A stretch of DNA of 64,000 nucleotides from contig JAKPHF010000046.1 of NCBI GenBank assembly GCA_029550525.1, forward strand, positions 97,476 through 161,475, in the 5' to 3' direction. Numbering within the stretch: position 1 is the stretch's first letter; each line of letters opens with the position of its first letter. The notes under the pieces were generated by a model that was given only the letters and a program-made list of their open reading frames with translations, ran no database searches and was not told where the DNA came from. Origin of the DNA: Planctomycetota bacterium (lineage in GTDB: Bacteria > Planctomycetota > Phycisphaerae > UBA1845 > PWPN01). The translations under genes were made by a program, and so were the position numbers. Positions 37,730-47,916 of the stretch are shown here, piece after piece.

Positions 37730-38683
37730 CTATCGTTCGTCCGCGACATACTTCTCGTAAATCACGACCGCGTCCGCGGGCGATTCGTTTTTACGAACCA
37801 CCAGCCTCATGACGGCGCGGGCGGTCTCACCCGATTTGACATCCCGCCCGAACAGCGACAGGTACGTGGAATAATGCCCGGCGATGCCGTCGGGCGGCTC
37901 CTGGTTGTACGAGCAGTAGAGTGTCGAGCAGTCGATCGGCCGCGACATGATCGCCAGGCTCGTGTTCGTATGGGCATCGTGACGCACGGCCAGCGGACCG
38001 GCCATGTATCGCGTCACCGACCAATGCACCGGATGCAGACCCAGCTCCCAGCGGCCGTCGAACACGAGCTGCGCGGCCGCCAAGTCGCGCGGAAACGCAA
38101 GGTATGTACCCACCGTCAGGGGCGTAACGTCCACGGGCACCATCGTCGGCTTGCCGGGAGCGTGCCGAGTCGGCGCGAGATAGACGTGACCGCGAGTGTC
38201 CTTCTTGAAATACGAGCCGATGAACAGCTCAAGGCGCGGGATCTCCGTGTGCGGCTTGATGGTCGCTTCGACGTCCAGCGTGTCGGGGGCCGTCCAGCGG
38301 TACGTGCCCGTGATATCGGCCGGATGCACATCGTCGCCCTCGGCAACTGCCGGCCACTCGATTCGCACGCCACCATCGGGCAGCAGCGTCGCCGACTTGG
38401 GCCATTCCCACATGACGCCGCCCCACCGCCGGTTGCTCGACACGAGGCGATAGAAGCTGAAAATCCCATACTCGGGCCGGCCCTTGGCCAGTTCTACCCC
38501 GCTGGCCTTGTCGATGAGCGAGACGAGGCCCTGGGCCTTCTCGCCCGCCACCAGCCGGCCGGTAAATCGGCCAGTGTCGAACGTGAACTCACCGGGCTTG
38601 CCCGACTTGAACGCCAGATCTGTCGACTGGGCCCAGACCGGTCCGCTCATCAAGCAGAACATCAGGACGATCAGTCTGCACAT
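37730..38683 (-). CDS. Secreted hypothetical beta-rich protein
   Basis: GGAGG RBS, signal peptide ending VWA-Q, 6-bp gap to the GH38-like gene, coding-like composition. Confidence 0.7.
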   Translation of the reverse strand: MCRLIVLMFCLMSGPVWAQSTDLAFKSGKPGEFTFDTGRFTGRLVAGEKAQGLVSLIDKASGVELAKGRPEYGIFSFYRLVSSNRRWGGVMWEWPKSATLLPDGGVRIEWPAVAEGDDVHPADITGTYRWTAPDTLDVEATIKPHTEIPRLELFIGSYFKKDTRGHVYLAPTRHAPGKPTMVPVDVTPLTVGTYLAFPRDLAAAQLVFDGRWELGLHPVHWSVTRYMAGPLAVRHDAHTNTSLAIMSRPIDCSTLYCSYNQEPPDGIAGHYSTYLSLFGRDVKSGETARAVMRLVVRKNESPADAVVIYEKYVADER

Positions 38684-38759
38684 GTCGCGCCTCCGGGAAT
38701 GTGTCAACCGCGGCTGCCGGTCCGATGGCCGCTGTCTGCGCATCAGGCGTGCCACACCA

Positions 38760-41543
38760 TCACGGAAGAACGATATCGACCGCGTCCTCCACGATTGCAT
38801 CATGCAGCCGTTCGCCCGCCAGCGTGATCTCGCCCGCCCGAACCCCGTGCAGGGTCGTGGGCGTCCAGTTCCCGCCCGACTTGTGGAATCGCAAGGCTAC
38901 GGCCACCGCGTCGGCTCGCAGTTGACGGCCGTCAGGCAGCGTGACCTGCATCGGTTCGGCCGGACCGTCGAATGCCTCCAACCGGTTGCACGCGGCCAGC
39001 ACCGCGTCGTTGTCGCGCTCCAGCCAGATGGCCCGGCTGTCCGGCGCACTCGGCTCGCAAACCAGCAACTGCTCGTGCCAAGCCATTGGATCACGCGTGC
39101 GGCTCGGGCTCAACGTCGAGGTCATGGCCAGCGGCAGCCTGGCCTTCACGCGATACGTGGCCAGCGGCACCTGCCGCAGGTCGCCCAGGAGCAGTTCGCC
39201 CCGGTCGTTGCGCTTCTCGACCTCGGCCCACACGGCAATGCCTTTGCCCATCTCCAGCTTGGCCGCCGGCTGCGACGTGACGTGAATATAGAGATTCGCC
39301 GCATCCTCCGTGGTCCACACGCAGCCGCAATCCGGATCGTGGGTCATCTCCAGCGGCGCGAAGCGATACCGCAACGCCACCTCATGCTCGCCCGTGCCCG
39401 TCACGTCGTCAAGCACGAGCCAAAGATCCGGCGCGCTCTTGACCGACTTGAGGAACCACACCCGACGATGATGACGCACGTCTTCCAGACCGCGGTATCC
39501 GCTGTTCGTGCCGGCCACGAAGTCGAATCCGGGCGTCGTCACCCACGCGTTCGCTTTGGCGCTGCGCGAATCGAGGTCATCGACCGTCACCGTGTTGTGC
39601 GAACGAGTGGAAGTCAATTCGCGAGCCTCGGGCGTGCCGTAGGTGTGGATGCCCGGGTCGATCAGCACCGTCCGGCCGTAGGCCGCCACCACGATGCTGA
39701 GCGGGTCCAGGTGCCCGTGGCTGCCATGCGGTCCGCAGCGAAAGCCCATGTAGTTCGACTGGCGGCTCCAGTCGTTGCGCATGTAGTAGTAGCCGCCGTG
39801 CGGGAACGCGTATGACTTCTCCTGGGGCGGACTGCCCTGCTTGCCGTTGCTGTAGACGTAGAGGAAGTCCTGCCGGTCGTACATTCGGGCCCCGCGCTCC
39901 AGGAAGTCGGGCCGCGTCGGATGGTTCGAGTCGCCCCAGATCGGCAGCGTGCCGTCAGGCAACGTCGCGTACATGAGGTACTCGAACATCTTCTCGGTCA
40001 GCCGTACCATTTCCTCGGGCACTTCGAGGCCTTCAACGTGGCTGTCGCGCACCTGTTGAATGACTTTCGAATACCGGTTGAGCACGAGTCCGTGATAGTT
40101 CACCGTCGGCTCATGCAGCGCGCCGTCGGGATAGACCGTGCGCTTGGCGTTCTCGATCAGCGTGGCCAGGCCCCGTTCGGCTCGCTCGCGAGCCTTCTTG
40201 AACTCGGGGTAGGTCACGCCGAACTGGAACAGGGCGTCGGCCATCTGCGTTTCCCAATTGCCGCCACCCTTCTGCCGCTCGAGGACATCGGCCAATTCGC
40301 CCATGTTGAAGATCCACTTGGCCCGCACGTCCTGCGTGAAGAACGGCGAGTCGGCGAAGATGCTGTAGTAGTGAAAGCCGTGGAGAATCCGCGCCCCGAC
40401 CGACAGGGCCGACCACATCGAGCCGCCGGGCGTACCAGCCGGCAACGCCGCCGGGATCGGCTCGTCAGGTCCGTACGCCCCGTTGAGCGCCGGCGAGGGC
40501 AAACTTACGTAGAAATCCGCCAGCATCTCGTTGAATGCCCGGGCATACTTCTCGTTGCCCGTCTTGGCGTAGGCTTCGCCCAACGGCTTACGCAGGCCGC
40601 CGCGGGTCAGGCCCACGCCCCCGCGCTGCGGCCACAGCGCGTAGTAGTTCCAGTATGGCGCCATGTTCACGATGCTGCCGTCCTCGTGGACCCACACCTG
40701 CTGGATGGACGCCAGATCGGCCTCCCGTGTATCGTACGTTGGGTCGAACTGGAACTGGCGTTTTTCGGGCACGACCAGGTCCGTGCGCTGCGTCTCGAAG
40801 TACCGGACCAGCTCGGCGACCGCATCGTCCCATCGCTTGGCTTCGACGAGCTCGCGCACCTTGGCCAGCGGCGGGTAGTCCAGGTCCAATCGGTTGAACG
40901 CCTGGCGGTACAGTTCGTCGCGGTCCACTTGCTTGCGCACGTGCACGTGGAACCAGACGTCGAAGTCCTGCGGCTCTCCGCCGACGTAAGCCTGTCCGGC
41001 GGCATAATCGTCCGACGCCTTGCCGATGCCGTCGAGAAACGCATCGCCGCCCGCGAAGCCCGCACGCGTCTTGGTCAACAACCACTCCGTCGGCACCTCA
41101 GCCGGCCTGAGCGACTCGGTTTCCACGGTCAGCTCGAAGTAATACTCGCGATCGGGCTCCACGCGAGCATCCAGCGTGAACATGGGAATCGCTCCTTCCC
41201 ACATGCGCTGGAAGTACGGAATGGCGAAGCGACCGCAGGCATGCCGCTTGGCCGGCGAATCCCACAGCGTCATCACCAGCACTTCGTCCGGATGCCAGCT
41301 TTCGTTCCAGAACGCCTGCCAGATCGCGATTCGGTAGATTTTTTCCACCTTCGGGCCGGTACGGAACGTTTGGCCCAGCGGCTTGTCCCGCCCGACCTGG
41401 AGAAACTCGTCCTCCGCCCGCTTGTCGGTGTGGGCATCCAGTTGGATGGTGTTCAGGTAAATGTCCAGCGGTCGCGGGGCGGCCAGGCCCGCGGAAACGA
41501 ACAAGCCGAGGCCCACCACACCGGTACAGATCTTTCGTCGCAT
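38760..41543 (-). CDS. Secreted heparinase II/III-family polysaccharide lyase
   Basis: GNW, V.PDG..HE....YH, PDG.LP.WGD, FP.GGYY.MR.DW, HGHLD.LS, DPG..TY, SHNTVTVD. Confidence 0.85.
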   Translation of the reverse strand: MRRKICTGVVGLGLFVSAGLAAPRPLDIYLNTIQLDAHTDKRAEDEFLQVGRDKPLGQTFRTGPKVEKIYRIAIWQAFWNESWHPDEVLVMTLWDSPAKRHACGRFAIPYFQRMWEGAIPMFTLDARVEPDREYYFELTVETESLRPAEVPTEWLLTKTRAGFAGGDAFLDGIGKASDDYAAGQAYVGGEPQDFDVWFHVHVRKQVDRDELYRQAFNRLDLDYPPLAKVRELVEAKRWDDAVAELVRYFETQRTDLVVPEKRQFQFDPTYDTREADLASIQQVWVHEDGSIVNMAPYWNYYALWPQRGGVGLTRGGLRKPLGEAYAKTGNEKYARAFNEMLADFYVSLPSPALNGAYGPDEPIPAALPAGTPGGSMWSALSVGARILHGFHYYSIFADSPFFTQDVRAKWIFNMGELADVLERQKGGGNWETQMADALFQFGVTYPEFKKARERAERGLATLIENAKRTVYPDGALHEPTVNYHGLVLNRYSKVIQQVRDSHVEGLEVPEEMVRLTEKMFEYLMYATLPDGTLPIWGDSNHPTRPDFLERGARMYDRQDFLYVYSNGKQGSPPQEKSYAFPHGGYYYMRNDWSRQSNYMGFRCGPHGSHGHLDPLSIVVAAYGRTVLIDPGIHTYGTPEARELTSTRSHNTVTVDDLDSRSAKANAWVTTPGFDFVAGTNSGYRGLEDVRHHRRVWFLKSVKSAPDLWLVLDDVTGTGEHEVALRYRFAPLEMTHDPDCGCVWTTEDAANLYIHVTSQPAAKLEMGKGIAVWAEVEKRNDRGELLLGDLRQVPLATYRVKARLPLAMTSTLSPSRTRDPMAWHEQLLVCEPSAPDSRAIWLERDNDAVLAACNRLEAFDGPAEPMQVTLPDGRQLRADAVAVALRFHKSGGNWTPTTLHGVRAGEITLAGERLHDAIVEDAVDIVLP

Positions 41544-41728
41544 GCTGCCCTCTCCTGGATGCCCGGCCCACCGCAGCCGACGCGTATTGGCCAATGTAAA
41601 ATCGTTTTAATTCCGACGCAAGCCGCGCTGCCCGCCGATGTCGACAGGCCGCGACCGGTCGATTATGTTTCACGCATTACTGCCCGGCAGCTCTGACCAG
41701 TCTACCTGCTAGCTTCGGAGGCGTCATC

Positions 41729-44700
41729 ATGCGGTCGCACGCGATCTCGTGTGTTCTGTCAGCCGAAATCATGTTTTTCGCTTCATCGCTGGCCGCGACG
41801 TCAGCCGAGATCGGGCGGATTCCCAACGGCTTCGATGCAGCCCCCTTCGGCGAGCGATTCACCGAAGACGACGGAAAGATCGTCGGAATTCGTTGGGGCG
41901 AGCCGCGCAAGATCCGCCAGCTGATCCTTACGTTCAAGCACGACGTCGATCCGGCAAGCATCCGCGACGCGATTCGAGTCGAGTACTGGCACCACAATTG
42001 GAACGGCAAGGCCGACCCGGTGGCCGACGAACTCGACGCGGGAGCGACCGGCTGGGCGGATGTCGACGACTGGTACAACGGCAACTGGCGAAAGGCCGAG
42101 ACGATCCTGGCGGCGAACAACCGGGAAGTCGTCATCCACTTTCCCCCTACCGGCCCCAGCGAAGGCTACAAGAATCCGCACATACCGGGCGTGGCGTATC
42201 GCAAGACGCTCAAGATCCGGCTGGCGTCCGACAGTCCGCTGCCGGAGTTGGCAAAGCTCGAAGCCATCACCGAAGCGGTCTGTCGGCCGTTAACCGTGCG
42301 CATCTCGTTCGACGAGCCGGCCGACGCCGCCTTCAAATCGGAACCGGGTCTGCATGGCCGGTTTGAAGCCTTCAACGGCAGTGTGAACGCGATCAGGAAA
42401 CCCGGCGATTCCGCGGTCGTGGACGTGAATGATTTCCCGCTTGAGGGTGAATTGCTGGCCGACGTGACCATGACCGTCGATCCGGTCGACTCCCGGTATG
42501 ATCGCACCATCGTGACGCTGCGGGCGGGCGTTCGCTCGTTTTCATTCGCCGCCGATGAGGTGGCCCGGGGCGATCGCATCTTCGTGGACGATCTGGGCGT
42601 TCTGGTCACTCGCGGCGACGACGAGATGAACGTCCGCGCGTATCGGCAGCACATCAAGCAGTTGCCCGGCAAGACCGTATACCACCGCATCTTCGAGCAT
42701 CCCGAGCAAACGCTGGACCGGGCCTGGAACGACATGCCCCTCAAGCGGCAGATCATGTTCGTCCACGGTCTGCCCGGCGACCGCAACGTCATGGGCCAGG
42801 GCGCCGGCGGCGACATCCGCGTCAGCGGCCACGGCCGATGGTTCGCGCTGAACCCCAGCCCGCGGGACAGCGCCCGCCAGAAGTGGGACGGCCAGATGCT
42901 GTGGTTCGACTTCGGTCTGCCCGATCAGGACAAACGGGCGGGCCGCGAACTGAAGGACGGCTACCTTCCGCTCCTGCGCTCCTGCTGGCAGGACGGGCCC
43001 ATCTTCTACGAACAGCTCACCGTGCTCGACACGCTGACCGGCAAGCTCGACGACATCCCGCTCGACGAGCCCACCGTACTGCTCATGCAACTGCGGGTAC
43101 TCAATACGACCGAGACACAGCCCGGCACGGCGAGGCTTCGGCTGATCGCCCGCGTCAGTAATGCCGATCGCGAACACCCGTTGGTGCTCCAGGGCAACCG
43201 CGTCTTCAACCCCGCCGGCCCGGGTGAGCAGCGATTCCGCTACCTCTTCGAGACCCACGGCAAGGGCCGAACCGCCTCGGACGGCAAGGGGATCGACTGG
43301 TCGCTCGAACTGGCCCCCGGCGAGTCGCATAAACTCTTTGTTGCGATCCCATCCATTACGCTGGAGACTGATGAGGAGATCGAGCCGCTCGCCCACCGCG
43401 ACTTCCATGCCGATGCCGAGCGAATCTGTCGCTTCTGGCGCGAGCTCACCGAGCGCGGCACGCAGATCATCACACCCGAGCCGTGGCTCAACGACTTCCA
43501 CAAGGCTCACCTGCGGCACATGCTGATCAACTGCCAGAAAGAGCTCGACTCCGACCGCCTGCACGCCCACGTGGGCACGTTCTATTACGGCATGTATCCC
43601 AACGAGTCGGCCATGATGGTCAGCGATCTCGATCGCCGCGGCTATCACGACGAAGCCCGCCGCAACATCGATTCGATGCTGCACTACCAGGGCACGGTCC
43701 AGTTCGCCGGTACCTACACCAGCAAGGAAGGCCTGCTCTACGGCGACGGCGGACACGAAACGGGCGACTACAACAAGTCGCACGGCTACATCCTGTGGCT
43801 CATCGCACACCATTGGCGGATGACCCGCGACCGGGTCTGGCTCGAGGCTTCCGCCGACAAGATCGTCAAGGCCTGCGAGTGGATCGTGCACGAGCGGCGG
43901 ACCACCATGAAGACCCGTTCCGACGGCAGCAAGCCCATCGAGTACGGCTGCCTGCCCGCCGGCGGCCTGGAGGACGTGCAGGACTTCTGGTTTTGGCTGG
44001 CCACCAACGCGGCCACCGATTGGGGCTTCCAGGCCGCTGCCGCGGCCCTGGCCGACATCAATCACCCCCGAGCCGGTGAACTGCAGAAAGAAGCGGCCGC
44101 CTATCACCACGACTTCATGGCCGCCATGACCGAGGCCCGTATCCGCACCCCCGTGGTGCGGCTCCGCGACGGCCGCTACGTCCCCAAGTACCCCAGCGAG
44201 CTGTACACCCGCGGTCGGGCCTACGGCTGGCTCCGCGAAGTGCTCGAAGGCTCCCTTTTCCTGCCCGCCTACCAGTTGCTCGACCCGAACTCGCCCGAGG
44301 CCCGCTGGATCATGCAGGACTACGAGGACAACCTCTACATCTCGCGACAGTACAGCTACGACATCCCCAACTTCGGCCGGTTCTGGTTTTCGCGCGGCGG
44401 CTTCTGCATGCAGGCCTGCCTGCTCGACAGCCCGCTGCCCTACCTCTGGCGGGATGAGATCAAGCACTACGTGCGGGCCTATTTCAACTCGTTCGCCTCG
44501 GGCTTCTACCCCGAGACTCGCATGCTGTGCGAGCACGCCCTGCCCGAGCTCGGCTACTGGCGCGGCGACCACTTCAAATCGTCCGACGAGGCTCAGTCCA
44601 CCTACTGGCTGCGACTCATGTTCGTCCGCGAGGAGGGCTCGGACCTGTACCTCGGCCAGGCCATCCCCCGTTACTGGCTCGCCGACGGCCGTGGCGCGAG

Positions 44701-44968
44701 CATCGAGCGAGCAGCCAGCGAGTTCGGGCCGCTTTCGCTCGCGTACCAGCCCGATATCGCCGCCGGTCGTATCAAGGCCACGCTGGTCCCCCCGACGCGA
44801 AACGCCCCGGAGACGATCTATCTGCGTTTCCGACATCCTGAAGAGAAGCGGATGACCCGTGTGACCGTCAACGGGCAGCCATACGATCGATTCGACGCCG
44901 AAAAGGAATGGGTCATACTGCCGGGCGCGCTGCAAGGCGTGCAGGAGGTGACCGCGGAGTACAGGTAA
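41729..44968 (+). CDS. Large secreted protein with a putative (alpha/alpha)6 glycosidase-like C-terminal half
   Basis: 1079 aa, signal-like N-terminus, helical C-half (GY..EA, HW.MTRD..WL...A.KI.KA..WI, LPAG.LED, L.LG.AIPR.WL). Confidence 0.65.
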   Translation: MRSHAISCVLSAEIMFFASSLAATSAEIGRIPNGFDAAPFGERFTEDDGKIVGIRWGEPRKIRQLILTFKHDVDPASIRDAIRVEYWHHNWNGKADPVADELDAGATGWADVDDWYNGNWRKAETILAANNREVVIHFPPTGPSEGYKNPHIPGVAYRKTLKIRLASDSPLPELAKLEAITEAVCRPLTVRISFDEPADAAFKSEPGLHGRFEAFNGSVNAIRKPGDSAVVDVNDFPLEGELLADVTMTVDPVDSRYDRTIVTLRAGVRSFSFAADEVARGDRIFVDDLGVLVTRGDDEMNVRAYRQHIKQLPGKTVYHRIFEHPEQTLDRAWNDMPLKRQIMFVHGLPGDRNVMGQGAGGDIRVSGHGRWFALNPSPRDSARQKWDGQMLWFDFGLPDQDKRAGRELKDGYLPLLRSCWQDGPIFYEQLTVLDTLTGKLDDIPLDEPTVLLMQLRVLNTTETQPGTARLRLIARVSNADREHPLVLQGNRVFNPAGPGEQRFRYLFETHGKGRTASDGKGIDWSLELAPGESHKLFVAIPSITLETDEEIEPLAHRDFHADAERICRFWRELTERGTQIITPEPWLNDFHKAHLRHMLINCQKELDSDRLHAHVGTFYYGMYPNESAMMVSDLDRRGYHDEARRNIDSMLHYQGTVQFAGTYTSKEGLLYGDGGHETGDYNKSHGYILWLIAHHWRMTRDRVWLEASADKIVKACEWIVHERRTTMKTRSDGSKPIEYGCLPAGGLEDVQDFWFWLATNAATDWGFQAAAAALADINHPRAGELQKEAAAYHHDFMAAMTEARIRTPVVRLRDGRYVPKYPSELYTRGRAYGWLREVLEGSLFLPAYQLLDPNSPEARWIMQDYEDNLYISRQYSYDIPNFGRFWFSRGGFCMQACLLDSPLPYLWRDEIKHYVRAYFNSFASGFYPETRMLCEHALPELGYWRGDHFKSSDEAQSTYWLRLMFVREEGSDLYLGQAIPRYWLADGRGASIERAASEFGPLSLAYQPDIAAGRIKATLVPPTRNAPETIYLRFRHPEEKRMTRVTVNGQPYDRFDAEKEWVILPGALQGVQEVTAEYR

Positions 44969-44971
44969 AAG

Positions 44972-45398
44972 ACGAAATCCGAATGACGAATAGCGAGTGA
45001 AGATTCATCCGCTGGCTCATCGCCCGCGGTGCCTTCACCCGCTGCGCATGTCATCCGTGGCGCGCGGCATACGGTAGAAGAAGGAGTCCGTCCCGCAAAT
45101 CAATCTGCGTCCATCTACGGACATGCTTTTCTCTGTTCTCTCTGTTGCCTCCTGTTGACCTTCTTCGCGAGCCAGCGCGCCCATGATTTTCAAGAGGAGC
45201 AAACATGAGGCAACGGAGAATGAACCTTGATTGGCCGGAATCTGCAGTTCCGCCAAATCTTGTAATCTTGAAATCTGTGGGTCATACTCTCCGGCATCCG
45301 ACTGTGTACCATGACCCAAGCGAGTGGTGACACCTTTACGAGCTCTGAGCTGTGAGCCAGACATCTGGCTGATAGCTGACAGCTGAGAGCTGACAGCT
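44972..45398. repeat. Intergenic mosaic of several short-repeat families
   Basis: GAAATCCGAATGACGAA, AATCTGCGTCCATCTACGG, CTCTGTTCTCTCTGTTGCCTCCTGTT, AATCTTGTAATCTTGAAATCT, GCTGATAGCTGACAGCTGAGAGCTGACAGC. Confidence 0.6.
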
Positions 45399-45403
45399 AC
45401 AAA

Positions 45404-45907
45404 ATGACCCGGCCGACGAGACTACAGCGATTCGCCCGCTGGCTGGCCGCCGGCGTCTGCGTCTTCATCATGCTGGTGTGGGCGGCCTCGCTGATGATCG
45501 AATTCGTCTATGTCCGTCCGGGCACGGCTTGGAACAGTTATGTCCGCATAGCGCACGGTCAGATCGGCGTCTACAGCCAGGCGCGCCCCTTCTTCCCTCC
45601 TCCGACGTATCGCTGGTTCGTACGGCGCATCGCGTTCGCGCCGGATTGGGCCTGGGACATCAACATCGTGGATCTGCGGAGCTGGGTAATCATTCTTCCG
45701 TTCTGGATGATCCTCAGCGTGACCGCCGGCATCACCGGTCTGCTCTGGCTGAGGCCAGGGCGCCGACCGCCGCCCGGCCATTGCCCGACCTGCGGCTACG
45801 ACCTGACCGGCAACATGACCGGCACCTGCCCGGAATGCGGCCGTGAGAGTCGCTGGCGACACGGGACGGAAAGCCGACAAAACGGCACTTCGCCGCCGTC
45901 GCATTGA
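45404..45907 (+). CDS. Membrane protein with C-terminal CxxCGYDLxG...CPECG zinc ribbon
   Basis: Two hydrophobic segments, P(F)W motif, CPTCGYDLTGNMTGTCPECG. Confidence 0.75.
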   Translation: MTRPTRLQRFARWLAAGVCVFIMLVWAASLMIEFVYVRPGTAWNSYVRIAHGQIGVYSQARPFFPPPTYRWFVRRIAFAPDWAWDINIVDLRSWVIILPFWMILSVTAGITGLLWLRPGRRPPPGHCPTCGYDLTGNMTGTCPECGRESRWRHGTESRQNGTSPPSH

Positions 45908-45940
45908 TTCTTTCGCCCCTCGCCGGTACGTTCTGGCCTC

Positions 45941-46759
45941 ATGAACATCTTCATCAGCGCGGACATGGAGGGCATGGCGGGCATCGTCGGCTGGCACCAG
46001 GCCGAGCATACCGAGCGGGACTACGGCATGGCCCGGCTGTGGATGACGCAGCAGGTCAACGCGGCCATCGAAGGCGCCATCAACGCCGGCGCGACCTCGA
46101 TCCTGGTCAAGGACGCGCACGAGACCGCCACCAACATCCTACTCGACAAGCTGCATCCGGCGGCAGAGCTGATCAGCGGCTGGGGCCCGCTCGGCAGCAT
46201 GGTCGAAGGCGTGGACGAAAGCTTCGATGCGGTCATGCTCCTGGGCTATCACGCCCGGGCCATGACCATCGGGGGCACGCTGGCTCACACCTGGTCGGGT
46301 AATGTGCTCGACCTGCGCCTCAACGGAGAGCCCATCGGCGAGACCGCCTGGGCGGCCGCCTTCGCCGGCCACTTCAACGTGCCGATCGCCCTGATCACCG
46401 GCGATGACAAGCTCAAGGAACAGGTGGACCACGAACTGCCGCCCGGATTCCACTACGTGATCACCAAGACGGGCATGGCCCACAAGGCGGCTCGGCTCCG
46501 GCCGCTCGCCGACGTGTGCGAAGAGATCCGCGACACCGCCGCCGCGAGCCTGGCCGACCTCGAAGGCCTGCCCGTGTTCAAGCCGCATCTGCCGGCCACG
46601 GTCTCCATTCGCTTTCGACACTGGGAAGGACTCGACATCTGTGCCGCCGTTCCCGGCGTGCAGCGGTTGGACGTGGCCACGTTCCAGTTCCAGGCTGCCG
46701 ACATGATCGAAGCCCAGAAGTACTTCGCAACGCTTCACCGACTCGCTCCGCGATCGTGA
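45941..46759 (+). CDS. M55-family D-aminopeptidase (DppA-like)
   Basis: ISADMEG, DAH, MVEG, GYHA, LAHT, GET. Confidence 0.92.
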   Translation: MNIFISADMEGMAGIVGWHQAEHTERDYGMARLWMTQQVNAAIEGAINAGATSILVKDAHETATNILLDKLHPAAELISGWGPLGSMVEGVDESFDAVMLLGYHARAMTIGGTLAHTWSGNVLDLRLNGEPIGETAWAAAFAGHFNVPIALITGDDKLKEQVDHELPPGFHYVITKTGMAHKAARLRPLADVCEEIRDTAAASLADLEGLPVFKPHLPATVSIRFRHWEGLDICAAVPGVQRLDVATFQFQAADMIEAQKYFATLHRLAPRS

Positions 46760-46805
46760 CGAGCCCCTATAATCCTTACCATCATCTTCCGCAGGAGGAT
46801 TTGTC

Positions 46806-47711
46806 ATGCGCGTTGCCGTCACGGGTGCCACCGGATTCCTGGGCCGCTACATCGTCAATGAACTGCTGGGGCAAGGCTACGAGTGCCGATGCTGGTACCG
46901 GCCCGGCCACAGCGACCGGGAAGGCTTCTACGAAACGGAACAAAGCCGAATCGATTGGATCCACGGCGACTTGGGCGATCATGCGTCGATGCACTCGCTG
47001 GTCAAAGGAGCCGACGCCGTCGTTCATGCCGCCCTCTCTCGTCCGGGGGCCGGGTTCATGGGCGCCGAAGGCGAGTTGATCGGGTTCGTGGAAACGAATT
47101 TGGTCGGCACGCTGCGGCTCATCCGGGAGGCCGTCGATTGCGGCGTGTCGCGCTTCATCTTCATCTCCACCTGCGCGGTTCACGACGTGATTCTCGATGA
47201 CCGTCCGTTGGACGAGACTCATCCCCTCTGGCCCAAGAGCCATTACGGCGCGCACAAGGCGGCCATCGAGAAGTTCGTGCATAGCTTCGGTTTTGGCGAG
47301 GGCTATCCGATCTGCGCCCTGCGACCCACCGGCATCTATGGCATCGCCCGTCCCGTCGAAAAGAGCAAGTGGTTTCGGCTCGTCCAGGACGTCAAGGCCG
47401 GCAAGCCGATCGACAGCGCTGCCGGCGGCAAGGAAGTCCACGCCGCCGACGTCGCCCGGGCCGTGAGCATCCTGTTGCGAGCCCCCGACATCGCCGGGCA
47501 GTCCTACAACTGCTACGACATGTACATCTCCGACGAGCACGTTGCCGGCATCGCCAAGCGCCTGAGCCACAGCAACAGCGAGATCAGCCGGCGCAACAAG
47601 GGCCCCAAACACCAGATCGTGACCGACAAGCTTCGCGAGCTGGGCATGACTTTCGGCGGCGAAGAACTCCTCGAACGGACGGTGGCCGAAATGCTTCGCT
47701 GCTCGGGTTGA
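46806..47711 (+). CDS. NAD-dependent epimerase/dehydratase (extended SDR)
   Basis: TGATGFLG, YGAHK (YxxxK), LRPTGIYG, VHAADVA. Confidence 0.9.
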   Translation: MRVAVTGATGFLGRYIVNELLGQGYECRCWYRPGHSDREGFYETEQSRIDWIHGDLGDHASMHSLVKGADAVVHAALSRPGAGFMGAEGELIGFVETNLVGTLRLIREAVDCGVSRFIFISTCAVHDVILDDRPLDETHPLWPKSHYGAHKAAIEKFVHSFGFGEGYPICALRPTGIYGIARPVEKSKWFRLVQDVKAGKPIDSAAGGKEVHAADVARAVSILLRAPDIAGQSYNCYDMYISDEHVAGIAKRLSHSNSEISRRNKGPKHQIVTDKLRELGMTFGGEELLERTVAEMLRCSG

Positions 47712-47758
47712 GCCCGGGGCCTGGGGACTGGGGAAGAGCGTCGGGATGAGGGCGTTCC

Positions 47759-47916
47759 GGGGGACGGGCGTCTCGCCCGCCTCGTGTTGTGGTGCACGCT
47801 TCCAGCGTGCGCGTGCAGGCAGGATGCCTGCACCACAATACTATCACCGGCGCGCTCCTCACGTACCGGCATCATCGGAAATCAAGGCGGGCAAGACGCC
47901 CGCCCCCCCCCCCCCC
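47759..47916. repeat. Composite REP-like element B-A-B' between convergent genes
   Basis: B at 47759-47782, A doublet at 47787-47838, inverted B from 47885 ending in a long C run. Confidence 0.8.

Noticed and set aside
47900-47916. Poly-C tract as a phase-variation site
   Set aside because: Intergenic, at the end of a family B repeat just past a stop codon. It may also be a homopolymer sequencing artefact.
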